Counted from the stretch's first letter, positions 23,594 through 36,972 are shown. The stretch is 60,269 nt of DNA from Catajapyx aquilonaris (GCA_000934665.2 JYFJ02002245.1:1-60269), one strand, 5' to 3'. The notes: generated by a model not told the origin, from the sequence alone. A program made the numbers and translations.

Positions 23594-23790
23594 AGTAGTA
23601 ATGTGGCTCATCACACATCCCTAATGTTCAGGTTGGGGACACCGCAACAAAAAAAAAACAAGCTTGCTAATAAAGAACATTAATTATTATCCCTCAATAA
23701 ATTCTTCCTTGTTGAGATTCCAGGTCAATTACGAGTAATTGAGGTGTGCAGAGGGAGGTTGGCCAGGGAGGTAAGCATAATATTAATAAA

Positions 23791-26129
23791 CTAGCAGGAT
23801 ACCCGGCGTTGCTTGGGTTATGAAATACTTTTCCATAGGAGTGACTCATCGATTTGCAATAATTATGGCTATACAGTGTTGGCATACCAGTGACATGGAG
23901 CATATTGCATGTGCATGAAGTCCAAACAACACCCTGCGGATGTCGGATTGTAAGAAAATACACAGTACACCTCCAAAATCCAGCAAAAGTATGTAATGAA
24001 AAATTGAAGGTTGTGCAGTAAATGTAGAAGTAAATGTAGAATGTATAGAAGCTCCAGCATGGCAGAGCTTACAATCTGATATTCAATGTGTGGTTTCTGG
24101 ACTTGATGCACATGCAATATTTTTGGTATAGCCAATTACGTTCATAATTGCATAGATGAACCGTGTTGTCTCGAAGCTTCAACACAATATCCCTCTTATT
24201 ACCATGCTCCTGACCACTCATGATGACAGCAATCTCATTGCAAGAATAAGGTTGACTGAATCGACCACGATGCTCGCCTTGTGATCGCTTGTTTGTATAT
24301 CTATGAGTACTATGACCAAGTCAAATTCGAGAGGAGGAGGACTCTAAAGTGCAAGCTTGAAGCTTTTGACGTAAGTGTGAGTGGAATGGATCATCTCCTG
24401 AAGTTGCATTGTGATGTGGAGGCGTGTGCCGTTTAAGTAGGTGCAATGGTATTCCGCCTGCTGTTGCATGTTCCCCACGAAGTAAAGTTGCAGAAACCGC
24501 GGACTCTGATTTTTTGAAGGAAGGAGTGATCCCATGCGATGATAAAGGCCCTTGCACTTTGAATGTAGGCATGAAGCCCCCTTCTCTAACAACGTTGGCC
24601 CCAAAAGATGTCATCTGGAAGGCCTAATTGTAATTCCTGATGGTCTTCAGGAAATGTTTTGAATCGGGTGATGTGCCTATAAGAGGAGCATTTTAAGTAG
24701 CTGTGGAGGCTCAGCCAGTAGAGGAAGGCTAACCTTTCCAATGGAGCAACAGATCGTTTTTGTTTCACCATTCCACTTCTTTGCCTGGCAATGTGGTGGC
24801 ATACCTCTGACATATAGATCCAATTGCAACAACACCGGCAGAAGAATAGTCAATGTCTTCTGAGTAGTGGAAAGCGGCATGTAGGAGGTGGGTTGATGAA
24901 AATGGAGCTAATCTCCGACTGATGGCCCCTGTTTCTCATAGAGTGGAGACATGCTTGGTGTTCTTCCTCAGTCTCTTGGTCCCTCACCCTTAGCCGAACA
25001 TAACTCTGTGTGTATCCAATGTGCTTCTGCCAATGCTGCTATGTTTTTAGGCCCATGTTAAAGTCGGTGGGGCGTTGAGAATGGGGAGGTCCAAACGTTA
25101 GAAAGTGAAAAGACAAACAAATGCAAAAAAGATTGAAAACTGCATGACACAAACCTATGTAGACCACATTATGCCACACCTTATACCTTTATACCACGCC
25201 TTATACACCTTATACCTTTATACAACACCTTAAAGACGTTAAACCACATCCCATAACGACTTCTGAATATACACTGAGAATGTGGAGGTCCAAAATTTAC
25301 AAAGAGGGAAAAAACAAATAAAAGCAAAACGATTGAAAACTACATGACACAGAACGTAACACAGTTCGGAACAGGAGAATTAAGAAAAAAAGCACATGAC
25401 ACAGTATACGTAGAGGAAAAGGTATGGCAGAAAAAGTACGCCAAGAAAATCCCGACAGGCTGCCTGAACAAACAACCCAAAACCGCCTATCCTTACATAC
25501 AGCGCATTTGTATACCACCAGCTCGAACCCTGGGCCTGCCCCGAGGCCGTACCTGGACCGTGCCACCGTGTCTATAGGATAAACATGGAATAAGATACCA
25601 GCAGCAAGATATGGAACTCTTTGAATATTATGAACAAAACGTGATCATCACCAGTAGTCTCGTAACCAAGGCCAACAGTGTGTAATAAATTCCAAATTGG
25701 AACAATAAAGTACGCAGCCAATGTGAGTGCAAAAACACTGACCAAAGTACAGCCACCTCGTAGGAATGTAATGACACTGAGGGGCTGGAGGAGGCGGTGG
25801 CAGGTGGGGGGGGAGGAGGGAAGGGGACGGGAGGGAGNAAGGGGACGGGAGGGAGGGAGGGAGGGAGGGAGGGAGGGAGAGGAGGGAAGGAAATGGTTTC
25901 CAGGGCAACTGAACAGCATTATTAGAACACAGGGGGCCAACATCCAAAGTTCTTTTCGCCTCCTGTAGCCAAGGATGACCTCAGAGGTCAATTCCAATGT
26001 GCCTATGTTATTCCCGGTAAAAAACTACCCCTGGTGATACCCATGGGGCATATGTGGAGGCCTCCGTATGGATCTGTTTAGGTGACAAAAGACAGACAGA
26101 CAGATATATGTCTTGAAATATGTATTAGA
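23791..26129 (-). mobile_element. Defective Helitron with both termini and a degraded RepHel N-terminal fragment
   Basis: Minus-strand 5' end A|TCTAATAC...TCTGTCTGTCTGTC at 26129 and 3' hairpin plus CTAG|T at 23791 (A|T target). Frameshifted peptides HCQAKKW..CCSIGKVSLP, QMTSFGA..GFMPTFKVQG and GSLLP..FLQLYF at 24321-24880. Confidence 0.85.
25806..25891. repeat. (GGGA)n purine tract inside the Helitron
   Basis: Visible; contains one N. Confidence 0.8.
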
Positions 26130-26231
26130 TTAAAATCAAAAATGCTTCAATTGTATAGCATGTGATTGCATCTAAACATTAAAATACGTTGCTCAAGTAT
26201 TCGTTCCAGTTAAATATTTTAACTTGATCGA

Positions 26232-28572
26232 CTGTCATGGAGTTTTACGCAGAGAAAAACATGTCAAAATATTCGTGCAAGTCATTAGCCCAGTCTTGAA
26301 GCGATGGCGCCCTTTCTTTACAATAAGTACATGCTGGAGAGAGTGTCAGTATCGAAGTAGCGCGGTGGTCTAGTGGTTAAGACCCTCTCTTCGTAACCTG
26401 AAGGTTGGAGGTTCGAATCCTGAAAACGAAAGACGTCGTTTCTTTTTATCGCTATGGGCCTTTCTCGCTGTTACTTCATCTCTCATTTACACATTTATTT
26501 CTCTTCGAAGTGCATCTGGTAAATAGGCTAGACCCTTCCAACACTCACATTCTCGTTGCACCAGAGCGTGGCTCTGTGGTAGCGCATCAGACTCTCACTC
26601 GGGAGATGCGGGTTCAAATCCCGGATCTTCCATGGTTGAGAGTCAGAAAAATAATATTTGCAGCCGACATCTCTGGCCAAGATGGCGACTGTTCCTTCGC
26701 AGTTTCCCCAACACTTCTTCAGAAGGTGTCAGAGGGGCAGCGAAGAGGGGGGGGGGGGAGGAGTGGAGAGGGGAAGGACAGGGGGGAAGGGGAGAAAAAT
26801 TTATTGGAAAATTTTAAGACACCTGCTTAATGGGAGGGGGCGGTCACTTTTTTCGAAGAAAAAAGTTTTAAATTTAATCATTCAAAAATTGAAGAATTCC
26901 GGTTTGTGTGGGCCATCCCCAGCCCCCGCCCTACCACTGCCCAAGTGGGTGCATTTACCTTATACCTGGGAGTTCCATTCTCAAACCTATCAACCCCCCA
27001 ATAATTAGCTCCCAGAAATTTAACTGTCGTTCCCATAAAATCACAAGCACATGCAAATGATTCGGCACAATTTTTAGGTCATTTTCAATGGTTTGTTGCA
27101 GCCTGACCTTTGACCTGAAAGGCCCTAGTATTAGGTTTTTGGACTGGGGCCAGGCTCGAGCTCGGTCTCCATCTGTTGGATCTCTCGTAATGAGACTGTA
27201 CACAGCACAGTACATAGACATACAGTATATCCCTCCATGTGAACAAGTATGTCCCTAACCTACTAGCATATACTAGCGGGGCGGGGAATATGTAAGGTCA
27301 AAGAGACAGGAAGGTCACCAAGCCTACACGAAAATTTGCCAATGTAAAACCGCGTCAAACGATCTGCACATCTCCACCCACAGCAGAAGTGGGTGGGGAT
27401 TTATTATTTTATTTATCCATAGAGTGTGCCATACAGCAATGCCACGAAGCAGTGATGCCGAATGTCCGTCCTGGTGACCCCCAAGGAGGTGGACCACACT
27501 ATCGCCTACGTCACGTTCATACTGACACCAGCTAGCCAACTGGGACTGCTGCATTTGGCTAGGGGCATACTGTATATCTATGTACTGTGCTGTGTACAGT
27601 CTCATTACGAGAGATCCAACAGATGGAGACCGAGCTCGAGCCTGGCCCCGGTCCAAAAACCTAATACTAGGGCCTTTCAGGTCAAAGGTCAGGCTGCAAC
27701 AAACCATTGAAAATGACCTAAAAATTGTGCCGAATCATTTGCATGTGCTGCTGATTTTATAGGAACGATAGTTAAATTTCTGGGAGCTAATTATTGGGGG
27801 TTGATAGGTTTGAGAATGGAACTCCCAGGTATAAGGTAAATGCACCCACTTGGGCAGCGGTAGGGCGGGGGCTGGGGATGGCCCACACAAACCGGAATTC
27901 TTCCATTTTTTGAATGATTGAATTTAATACTTTTTTCTTCGAAAAAAGTGACCGCCCCCTCCCATTAAGCAGGTGTCTTAAAATTTTCCAAAAAAAATTT
28001 CTCCCCTTCCCCCCTGTCCTTCCCCTCTCCACTCCTCCCCCCCCCCCTCTTCGCTGCCCCTCTGACACCTTCTGAAGAAGTGTTGGGGAAACTGCGAAGG
28101 AACAGTCGCCATCTTGGCCAGAGATGTCGGCTGCAAATATTATTTTTCTGACTCTCAACCATGGAAGATCCGGGATTTGAACCCGCATCTCCCGATTGAG
28201 AGTCTGATGCGCTACCACAGAGCCACGCTCTGATGCAACGAGAGTGTGAGTGTTGGAAGGGTCTGGCCTATTTACCAGATGCACTTCGAAGAGAAATAAA
28301 TGTGTAAATGATGAGAGGTGAAGTAAGTAACAGCGAGAAAGGTCCATAGCGATAAAAAGAAACGACGTCTTTCGTTTTCAGGATTCGAACCTCCAACCTT
28401 CAGGTTACGAAGAGAGAGTCCTAACCACTAGACCACTGCGCTCCTTCGATACTGACACTCTCTCCAGCATGTACTTATGGTAAAGAAAGGGCGCCATCGC
28501 TTCATGATGGGCTGTAATGACTTGCAAGAATATATTTTGACATGTTTTTCTCTGCATAAAACTCCATGGCAG
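26232..28572. mobile_element. Large foldback: two about 1-kb inverted arms (26232-27234 and 27561-28572) with an about 325-bp spacer
   Basis: Arms are reverse complements along their length, and the ORF track gives matching peptides on opposite strands. Each arm has two tRNA-like A/B-box segments. Confidence 0.9.
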
Positions 28573-29269
28573 CAAAGTGTGCAAAACCGATTATCTCATT
28601 TCGGTTTGTAAAGAAACGTCGAACTCCTGCATATTTTGTCATCATCTCTATTTTGCTGAAAGTTGGCCTACAATAATGGACTTGAGGATCAGTAAATATG
28701 TCATTATTTCAATAATTGCACACATTAGAATCAAAAGTGATAAGGAACGCCACGATGCCATTATTTTCAAGCAGACTTTTTATTACTGCTTATGACGTCG
28801 ACATATTTTCCCAATTCAAGTCAGTCTCTCACAAAGTATAGGATATCCTGCCACATATACTTGACGGAAGACACGTTGCCTGACTGACAGGATGAAACTG
28901 ACCTTGAATATGTCATTATTGCCAAGTAATTGCCCTTACGTAGCTCTTCAATAATTATTTTCTAGAGAAGTACAGGTGTGGACTTGAAGATGGTCCAATT
29001 TTTGAAAACCTGAGAAGCAGGAGTGGAAAAGAGGGCAGCAAAATGACCCAGGCTGTCAACCTTGCCTCGGTGTCATCTGAGGTCAAAGTTCACAATCATG
29101 GTCCAAATAGACAACTATTTTGCATCCACGATGACATATGTTGGGAAATGCAACATAAGAACTTCATACTGGACATGATTGTTTCAAAAAGCAGATCTTA
29201 ACAATCTTTATCGAAGGGAAAAGAAAATAATGGCCGATATGGAATAGCTGTCCAGATGTAGAAAATAAT

Positions 29270-29490
29270 TATCGGCTGATGGTCAGCACTTGTGTGGTCA
29301 CCCCAAATCCATACAGCTAGATGACACCAACACAAATGTTCATTTTATTTTTCACCTTCTCCGTGGCTTCTCCTCCATCCCCCTGCCCATGTCCACCCTC
29401 TTCCTCTTCATGGCCCTTGTCTCCACAGTGTTTCAACCGTTCTCTTCAGATTCTGGCTTAACAACAAGCTAGTTACATCCGCCATCAGTT
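29270..29490 (-). pseudogene. Orphan exon-1/intron remnant of an F-box/LRR unit
   Basis: Matches the TVETRAMKRKRVDMGRG exon of other copies, has an in-frame stop, and has no downstream exons. Confidence 0.6.
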
Positions 29491-29931
29491 TAAAACTTCC
29501 CTTTCACGCCAGACATGTTATGATCCATTTTGATCTGCGTCATCATTAATTCATTTGCCCTGATGAAGCTCGCACTTGATTGTTCATGTACAAACTGGAG
29601 TCTTGTGTCCCCCAAAAAGGGCGCTGGCCTATAGCAAGGGGCTGTGAAATAAATGAATAAAAGGGAACTGTCCGCATATTAATCATTTTCAATCATCACC
29701 GCATATTACTTTAATTACAATCCCAGGAGTACATTTCCAACACAGCCAAATGTGCATACAGTGTACAAACTATTGCTGGTCTTCAGCATGTGGATTCAGA
29801 TACCATGCAGTATGGCAGTGATTGCCAATTTAATAAGGCACTGCAATCCTGCAAAGTGTTGCAATCACACGTTGAGCAAAGTGACAAACTGTATGTTGGG
29901 AAAGTACAACATGAGAAATTAACAATGGCCA
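29490..29931. repeat. About 0.4-kb inter-unit spacer repeated roughly ten times (also near 34050, 37905, 42600, 44260, 46785, 48310, 52560, 54135, 58160)
   Basis: Shared core ccccaaaaagggc...ctagcaaggggctgtgaaataaa...catgtggattcaga...gtacaacatgagaaattaa. Confidence 0.85.
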
Positions 29932-31217
29932 TTAATATGCATAAACTTTAATCTTGTTGTTTGCTGCCTGGAACTGAGCACAGCCCTCTGGGCTCGCGTC
30001 CAGCTTGCTGCAACAGTAGAGATAAAGGTACCGGAGGTTGTGGCATCTCCTCACCAGGTCTATGAGCGGGGATTTGGTGACCTCGTTGCTTCCCACCAAG
30101 CAGAAATCAGTCAGGAGAGGGCAGTTCATGGCAATGGCTGATATGCAACTGTCGTCAAGAATTGAGGAATAATAAAGGTAGAGCTTCTGCAGGCTACCCA
30201 CGACGTTCGGCTTGGAGAAAAATCTCTGCAGACCTTGTGCAGTGCAGGAGACGAAATTTATCAGGGTCAAGCTACGGAGGTTGTGCAGTTTCCCAATCCC
30301 GTCTTCCAGGCCAGCATCAGTTAGGTTCTCGCAGGATTGAAATTTCAGCTCCTCCAGCTGAGGGAAGTGTGCGAGGAGAAGGAAGGACTCCGGATTAATG
30401 AAGTGTTCGACCGTCAGTTTCCTCAGTTGGCCCCCTAGAGTGCAGCCGAGCACATCCACTTCCCTGTCAGCCATTTCCATGAGAAGCGACATACAGGTGA
30501 GTTTCAGCCAGTTTCTCCCAGTGGCCATGTCCGATGGTGGAGGAAACTCATCGCCAGATATGGTTATATCCTCCAGTTCCGGACAGGAATTCAAAATGTC
30601 CAGGGGATGCCTCGAATACTTGAGGCATAATATGCGGATGCGCTGCAGTTCACTGCACCTGCGTTGTAAAAATTAAATAACGAAATGTTGATAAATGACA
30701 CTTTAGGAGCCACTTCCCCCAAATATTAGTGTGTTATACTTACTTTCGTGTGATCAGTACCAGCATCTTCTGTGACACCACACTATCATGAATAATGAGG
30801 CCCTCCAGATGAGGAAGATTCTCCACTACGACTTTCTGCAGCGAATAAGCCTCCGCTCCATACCAGTTCATCAAAGTAACCGACTTCAGATGGGTTATGT
30901 TGCTGGTGACCACCTGCACCGTTTCCTCCAGAGTGAAGTGCTCGCGGTCAAAGGTCGCCTTATTCCTAATAAACCACTCCGTAGCCACCCTGCACCAATC
31001 CTCGCACACCAGTGGGACGGTGGTAAGGAGGGATTTCTTTGGCAGGTAGGAGAACACATTCGCCTTCATCTCGTCTGGCAGGTCGGCAAAGGTCTTGACG
31101 CTATCCTGCAATTGTCAAGATATTGCATATGTAAAAAGAGTAATGATCATTTTTAAGTGCAGGTATTGCGTGTCTGGGGCAGCCCCAGTTGGCTTCATGT
31201 CACCCTGCACTCACCAT
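29932..31217 (-). CDS. F-box/LRR array copy 1; exons ending ATG at 31215, 31105-30744, 30658-29932
   Basis: F-box FADLPDEMKANVFSYL..VCEDW, Cys-LRRs, conserved phase-0 and phase-2 GT-AG introns, open frame. Confidence 0.85.
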
Positions 31218-31534
31218 GGCTTCCACTTGACAGTGTCGCTGCCTTCCCTTGCTGTCCACCTTCCTCCTTGGCTTCTCCACCACTCTGCACAACAGGTGAA
31301 CAGGAGGACCCTCTTTGTCTTGGTGGAACTTGTCTTTGTCTCCTCAGCGATCCATCCAAAAAATTCGCTCGCCAACCCCCGTTGCCAAATTTCCCCCCTT
31401 TCGAAAACTTGCAGAACCCGGTTAAACCCTAAAAAATAGTGCAATAATACAAGATAATTAATCCAAATTGCATTTTGCAGGTTACATTAATTATGACAGT
31501 TCCTTTTTAGTGCAAATAATCCGAAATTTTGGTT

Positions 31535-31632
31535 GCGTCCGGATTTGCCGTGACGCGTTCTGTGGGTGTGTCCGAATATGGGCAGAAGGAACGGACCGGA
31601 AGCATAGGTCGGAACGCACCCAAGATGGCGGC
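31535..31632. promoter_or_regulatory. Conserved promoter-like block upstream of array copies; also at 33615-33710, 40399-40510, 50491-50587, 56216-56317
   Basis: CpG-rich gcgtccgga..gtgacgcg..gtgtccgaatat..ggaacgcacccAAGATGGCG. AAGATGGCG matches the YY1/Pho consensus. Lies 5' of exon 1. Confidence 0.55.
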
Positions 31633-31823
31633 TTGAGTTATCCATGAAAATTATATGCTATAATATTAATTTCTGGCCCTAATTAGAGCTCCTGCAGGGC
31701 GCCTGATGATCGGGACACTATGTTCATATTTCGTGAGCATAATAGGAGTTACATTCTCAGTAATTAGGGAAGCACTTGACCGCACATTTATCGTCCATTA
31801 CTGTTCTGTACTTTACGAACTCA

Positions 31824-33298
31824 TTACACGATGGAAATTTGGAGTGTGCTGCTGGCCGCCCGGAACTGACCCAGGGCCTCTGTGCTCAGCTTGTTGCACC
31901 AGATCAGCTGAAGTCGCCTGAGGTTGTGGCACCTCCTCACCAGGTCAAGGAGCGGGGCGTTGGTGACCTCGTCTGTTCTCTCCAAGCAGAGATGAGTCAG
32001 ACGAGGGCAGTTCGCAGCAATGGCTGATATGCAATTGTCGTCCAGAGTTGGGCAATGAGAAAGGCTGAGCGTCTCAAGGCTGCCGACAACGTTTGGCTTG
32101 GATAAAAACGCCTGCAACCCTTGTGCAGTGCAGTCGGATAAGTACAGCAGGGTCAAGCTACGGAGGTTGCGCAGTTTCCCAATCCCATCATGCAGAGCAG
32201 CGTCGGTTAGGTCACCACAGTATTGGATCTGCAGCTCCTCCAGCTGAGGGAAGCACCCAACGAGAAGGTAGGATTCTTGCTCACGGAATAAATCGATGCA
32301 GAGCTTCCTCAGCTGGCCCCCAAGAGTGCGGGCGAGCACTTCCACTTCCCTGTCTGCGCTGTCCATGATAAGAGACATTCTGGTGAGTTTCGGCCAGTTA
32401 CTCCCAGTGGCCATGTCCGATGGTGGAGGAAACTCGTCGCCAGATATGGTTATATCTTCCAGTTCCCAACAGGAATTCAAAATGTCCAGGGGATTCCTTG
32501 AATAGTTCAGGCATTCTAGATCGATGTGCTGCAGTTGGCTGCACCTGTGTCATAAAAATTAAATCATGAACTGAATGAAAAATGGTGCATTAAGCACTAC
32601 GTTCACCAAAAATACGCCCGTTACTTACTCTAGTGCAATCAGTTCCAGCATGTTCTGTGACACCGAGGTAACATCAACATTGAGATGCTTCAGATGAGGA
32701 AGATTTTGGGCTACTACTTTCAGCAGGGAATCTGAATCCTCTCCCTCCCAGTCAATCAGAGCAACTGACTTCAGACGGGTCCTGTTGCTGGTGACCACCT
32801 GCACCGATTCCTCCAGAGTGAAGAGCCAAAAGTCAAAGATCGCCTTATCCCTAAGGCCCAGCCACTCCGTAGCCACCCTGCACCAATCCTTGCACACCAG
32901 TGCGATGCTTGTACGGAGGGTATCATCCTCCAGGTACGAGAACACCTTTGCCTTCATCTCGTCAGGCAGGCTGGCAAAGGTCTTGATGCTAGTCTGAAAT
33001 TATCGTAATGATCATTTTCAGCACAGGTATCTTGTGTCTGGGCAGACCCGTCACCGAGATAATTAGCTTCATGTCACCCCGCACTCACCATGGCTTCTAC
33101 TGGACAATGTTGCTGGTTGCTGCCTGCCCTGTTTTCCACCTTTCTCCTTGGCTTCTCCTCCATCCCCCTGCCCATGTCCACCCTCCTTCTCTTCATGGCC
33201 CTCGTCTCCACAGTGTTCCTTCCCTTCTCCTCGGCCTCCCTCACCATCTTCGTCCTTCCAGTCTCCATCAATCCCCCTTCTTCCTTCCAACCTTCCAA
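31824..33298 (-). CDS. F-box/LRR array copy 2; exons 33298-33089, 32993-32629, 32544-31824
   Basis: Basic exon 1 (MKRRRV, NLS-like), F-box LPDEMKAKVFSYL, LRR exon, open frame. Confidence 0.88.
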
Positions 33299-33889
33299 TC
33301 ACTGGACCCGTAGGCCTCCAACAATCAACCCGCAACCCAACAAAGCCCGGCAACAATCGACCGGAATCAGGGGGAAAAAAGAATTCAAGAAAATAATTCA
33401 GAGGCGCCGAAATTCCATCGTTCCATTGTCGGCGGCCATCTTTGGATTTGCTCAACAAACCACTGTTGCCAAATTTCCCACAATTCGAAAACTATGCAGA
33501 CGCAGTTAAACCCTAAAAATAGTGCAACATTACGAGATATTAGCACAAATTGCTGGTTATGTCAATAATATAATAAAAGTTGCTTTTTAAGTTCAATAGA
33601 GCGAAATTTCGGTTGCGTCCGGAATTAGCGTGACGTGCCCTGTGGGTGTGTCCGAATATGAGCGGAAGGAACGGACCGGAAGCATAGGTCGGAACGCACC
33701 CAAGATGGCGCCCGACTCTTGAGCTATTATCCATGAAATTATGTGCGATGATATTAATTTCTGGCCCTAATTAGAGCTCCTACAGGGCGTCTGATGATCG
33801 CGACACGAAGTTAATATGTGGTAAGCATAGTAGGAGTTACATTCTCAGTAATTAGGGAAGCACAACATGAAAGCACATGTACGGTACGA

Positions 33890-34045
33890 ACTCATTGCAC
33901 GATGGAAATTTGGAGGGTGCTGCTGGCCGCCCGGAACTGACCCAGAGCCTCTGCGCTCAGGTCCAGCTGGCTGCAACTGATGAGCTCAAGGTGCCAGAGG
34001 TTGTGGGATCTCCTCACCAGCAGGGTGTTGGTGACCTCATCGCAT
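33890..34045 (-). pseudogene. Truncated 3' fragment of an LRR exon
   Basis: Homologous to 31824-31970 with deletions. Confidence 0.7.
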
Positions 34046-34310
34046 CTCACGCATCTGCGCCATCATTAATTCATTTGCCCTGATAAAGCTCGCACCAGAT
34101 TGTCCCCCAAAAAGGGCACTGACCTACAGCAAGGGGCTGTGAAATAAAAAAATAAAAGGGAACCGGCCGCATATTGATCATTTTCAATCATTACCACACA
34201 TTGCTTTAATGTCAATTCCAGGCGTACACTTTCAATACAGCCAAATGCGCATTGGGTGTACAAATTATCCCTGGTCATTCGACATGTGGATTCAGAATGT
34301 AAATTAAATA

Positions 34311-34542
34311 TAATAAATGGATACCCCGTGATAGGCCCCTTGGGCCGCTTAGGGGATCATCTTTTAAATAACCGACTTTAATCATTTGCCTGTAATGTGA
34401 TGGATTTTGATAGTGGGAGGAAACGGGAGAACCCGTCGAAACTCTATCCACATAAGTATATCCTCCGTCCGACCCGGGGATCGAACTCGGGACCTTAGAG
34501 GTGGAAGGCTGAGGCGCTAACCACTCCGCCACTGTGTCACCC
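34311..34542 (-). mobile_element. tRNA-derived SINE with 16-bp target-site duplication
   Basis: Minus-strand A box TGGCGGAGTGG and B box GAGTTCGATCC. Flanked by gaatgt(a/c)aattaaata at 34295 and 34543. Empty site at about 47030. Confidence 0.8.
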
Positions 34543-35662
34543 GAATGTCAATTAAATAAGGCACTGCAATCAGGCAAAGTATTGCAATCACAAGTTTAAC
34601 GAAAGTGACAATCAGTATGTACTATTAACCGCAAATGTAATGCAAATGGAACCACTAAAGGGATATGACCTGCCAAAATGACACGTAATTTTAATCGCAA
34701 TATTTTCTGGAGGTTATCTGCAGGTTCAGCGTTACATTGTAGAATTTAAAGCTACATTTTACATGTATGTGGGACGCATAATTAGAGAAATTATCTGGTT
34801 ATTGTAAACATCAGAATGGGAAAGTTCCCATTTTTTTACCTCGTCATTTCTCGTGACCCATAGCGGTTATCTTGTTAGAAAAATATGTCCCTGTGACCTT
34901 GACAAAATACGATCCTAAGTGCCAAATGTCGATTGTCTAGAGGAAAAAAATAATGTTGGGTGAACCGGTGAACCTAGTTGTATGATCTCACATGGAATTA
35001 CCCAAACTAGAAATAAAGTTGCACGAATAAGTAGTGCCGCCCTCAAACAGATACCAGGACTGTGCGGCCACTTGCGGGGACCATGCGGCCAAGGGACCGC
35101 GGCCGTGACCGGTGAGCAGAGGGTTGTGGATTCCGGACCATCGCCAAATAAACATATCCGTAACCTGCCAGCCCCCAGGATTACCAACGCATAAACACAA
35201 AAGCACATAAACAGTCGCGACATTACTTTTGCAGTTGATAGTACAGTACAACATAAGAAATGAATACTGGCCATGAAAACTGTCTGTTTCAAAAAGTAAG
35301 ATTATCTCGTAACAACTCAACCATCCTTACACATTGCAAATTCTATTAGGATTAGGATTAGCGTAACTGACGCAACAAACCTTGCCAAGTTGCGCCAGTT
35401 ACGACTTTCATATCTCGACTATTCCATGGCTCTGCTGCTATCTGGCAGCACAACGTTGCCATGCGCCTTCTTCGTCTGACAAAATGACATAATGATCTGC
35501 TTTGAATAAGTCATAGCCACCTCACAAGGGGCGACTGAATATTTGGATAGTGACTCTTCCGGAATGGAATTACCCTCCACCATAAGGGCTGTCCTTTTTT
35601 TTTTTTGGTTCATGTGCAACATGAAACTCTTAGGATGTGACGTTGTATCTGTGAGTGATGCG

Positions 35663-36972
35663 TCAATCAGGTGGAATCAGGCTGATGCATAAAATTTGAA
35701 GCTTGCTGTTCACAGCCTGGAACTGACCCAGGGCCTCTGCACTCACGTCCAGCTTCATGCACCACTTGAGTTGGAGGCGTTGGAGATTGCGGCACCTCCT
35801 CACCAGATCTAGGAGCGGGGCGTTGGTGACCTCGTGGCATTCCATCAAGTAGAAATGAGTCAGGAGAGGACAGTTTGCAGCAATTGCCGATATGCAACTG
35901 TCGTCCATAGTTGAGGAATCAAAAAGGCTGAGCTTCTGAAGGCTGCCGACCACGTTGGGCTTGGAGAAAAACCTCTGCAAACCTTGTGCAGTGCAGTGGT
36001 AGGAGTATCGCAGGGTCAAGCTACGGAGGTTGTGCAGTTTCCCAATCCCGTCTTCCAGGCCAGCATCAGTTAAGTGGAGGCAGAATTGGATTTCCAGCTC
36101 CTCCAGCTGAGGGAAGTGTGCGAGGAGAAGGAAGGACTGCGGCCTACTGAAGTATCCAACGATCAGTTTCCTCAGCTGGCCCCCAAGAGTGCGAGCAAGC
36201 ACTTTCACGTCCTTGTCTGTGTCGTCCATGGGGCAAAGCGACAAGCTCGTGAGCTTCGGCCAGTTTCTCCTGGTGACCTTGTTTGATGGCGCAGTAACCA
36301 CATAGCCAGATATGGTTAGATCCTCCAGTTTCTGACAGGACTTCAAAATGTCCAGGGGATGCCTCGAATAGTCACCCCAGCAGTAGGTGTCCAGCTGGAT
36401 GCGCTGCAGTTCACTGCACCTGTGATGTAAAAATTAAAATAATGAGCTAATGACACTTTAGGAGCTACTTCCCCCCAAAATTAGCGGGTTACTTACTCTC
36501 GTGTTATCAGTTTCAGCATATTCCATGACAGCGAGGTATTATGAATACTGAGGCGCCTCAGATGAGGAAGATTCTCGGCTACTACTTTCAGCAGCGAGGT
36601 ACAATCCTGTCCAAACCAGTTGATCATAGTAACCGACTTCAGATGGGTCCTGTTGCTGATGACCACCCGCACCGATTCCTCCCGAGTCAAGTCCCGACGG
36701 TCAAAGGTCACGTTATCCCTAACACCCAGCCACTCCGTAGCCACCCTGCACCAATCCTCGCACACCAGTATGATGATCGTACGGAGGGTCTTCTCTGGCA
36801 GGTAGGAGAACACCTTTGCCTTCATCTCGTCAGGCAGGTTGGCAAAGGTCTTCGCGCGGGCCTGCAATTGCAAAGGAATTGCTTATGTAAAAAAGAGTAA
36901 TGATCATTTTTTCAAGTACAGGCATTGCGTGTCTGGGGCAGCTGGCTTCATGTCGTATCCCGCACTCACCAT
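35663..36972 (-). CDS. F-box/LRR array copy 3; exons ending ATG at 36970, 36861-36497, 36419-35663
   Basis: F-box plus LRR exons open, conserved splice sites. Confidence 0.85.

Noticed and set aside
25500..25570. Weak tRNA-like segment in the Helitron
   Set aside because: Too degenerate to call.
26359..26635. tRNA genes
   Set aside because: A/B boxes are present but no convincing acceptor stem; treated as tRNA-derived repeat sequence.
26405..28347. 141-aa and 186-aa ORFs in the foldback arms
   Set aside because: Frames differ between arms at homopolymers, and there is no recognisable domain.
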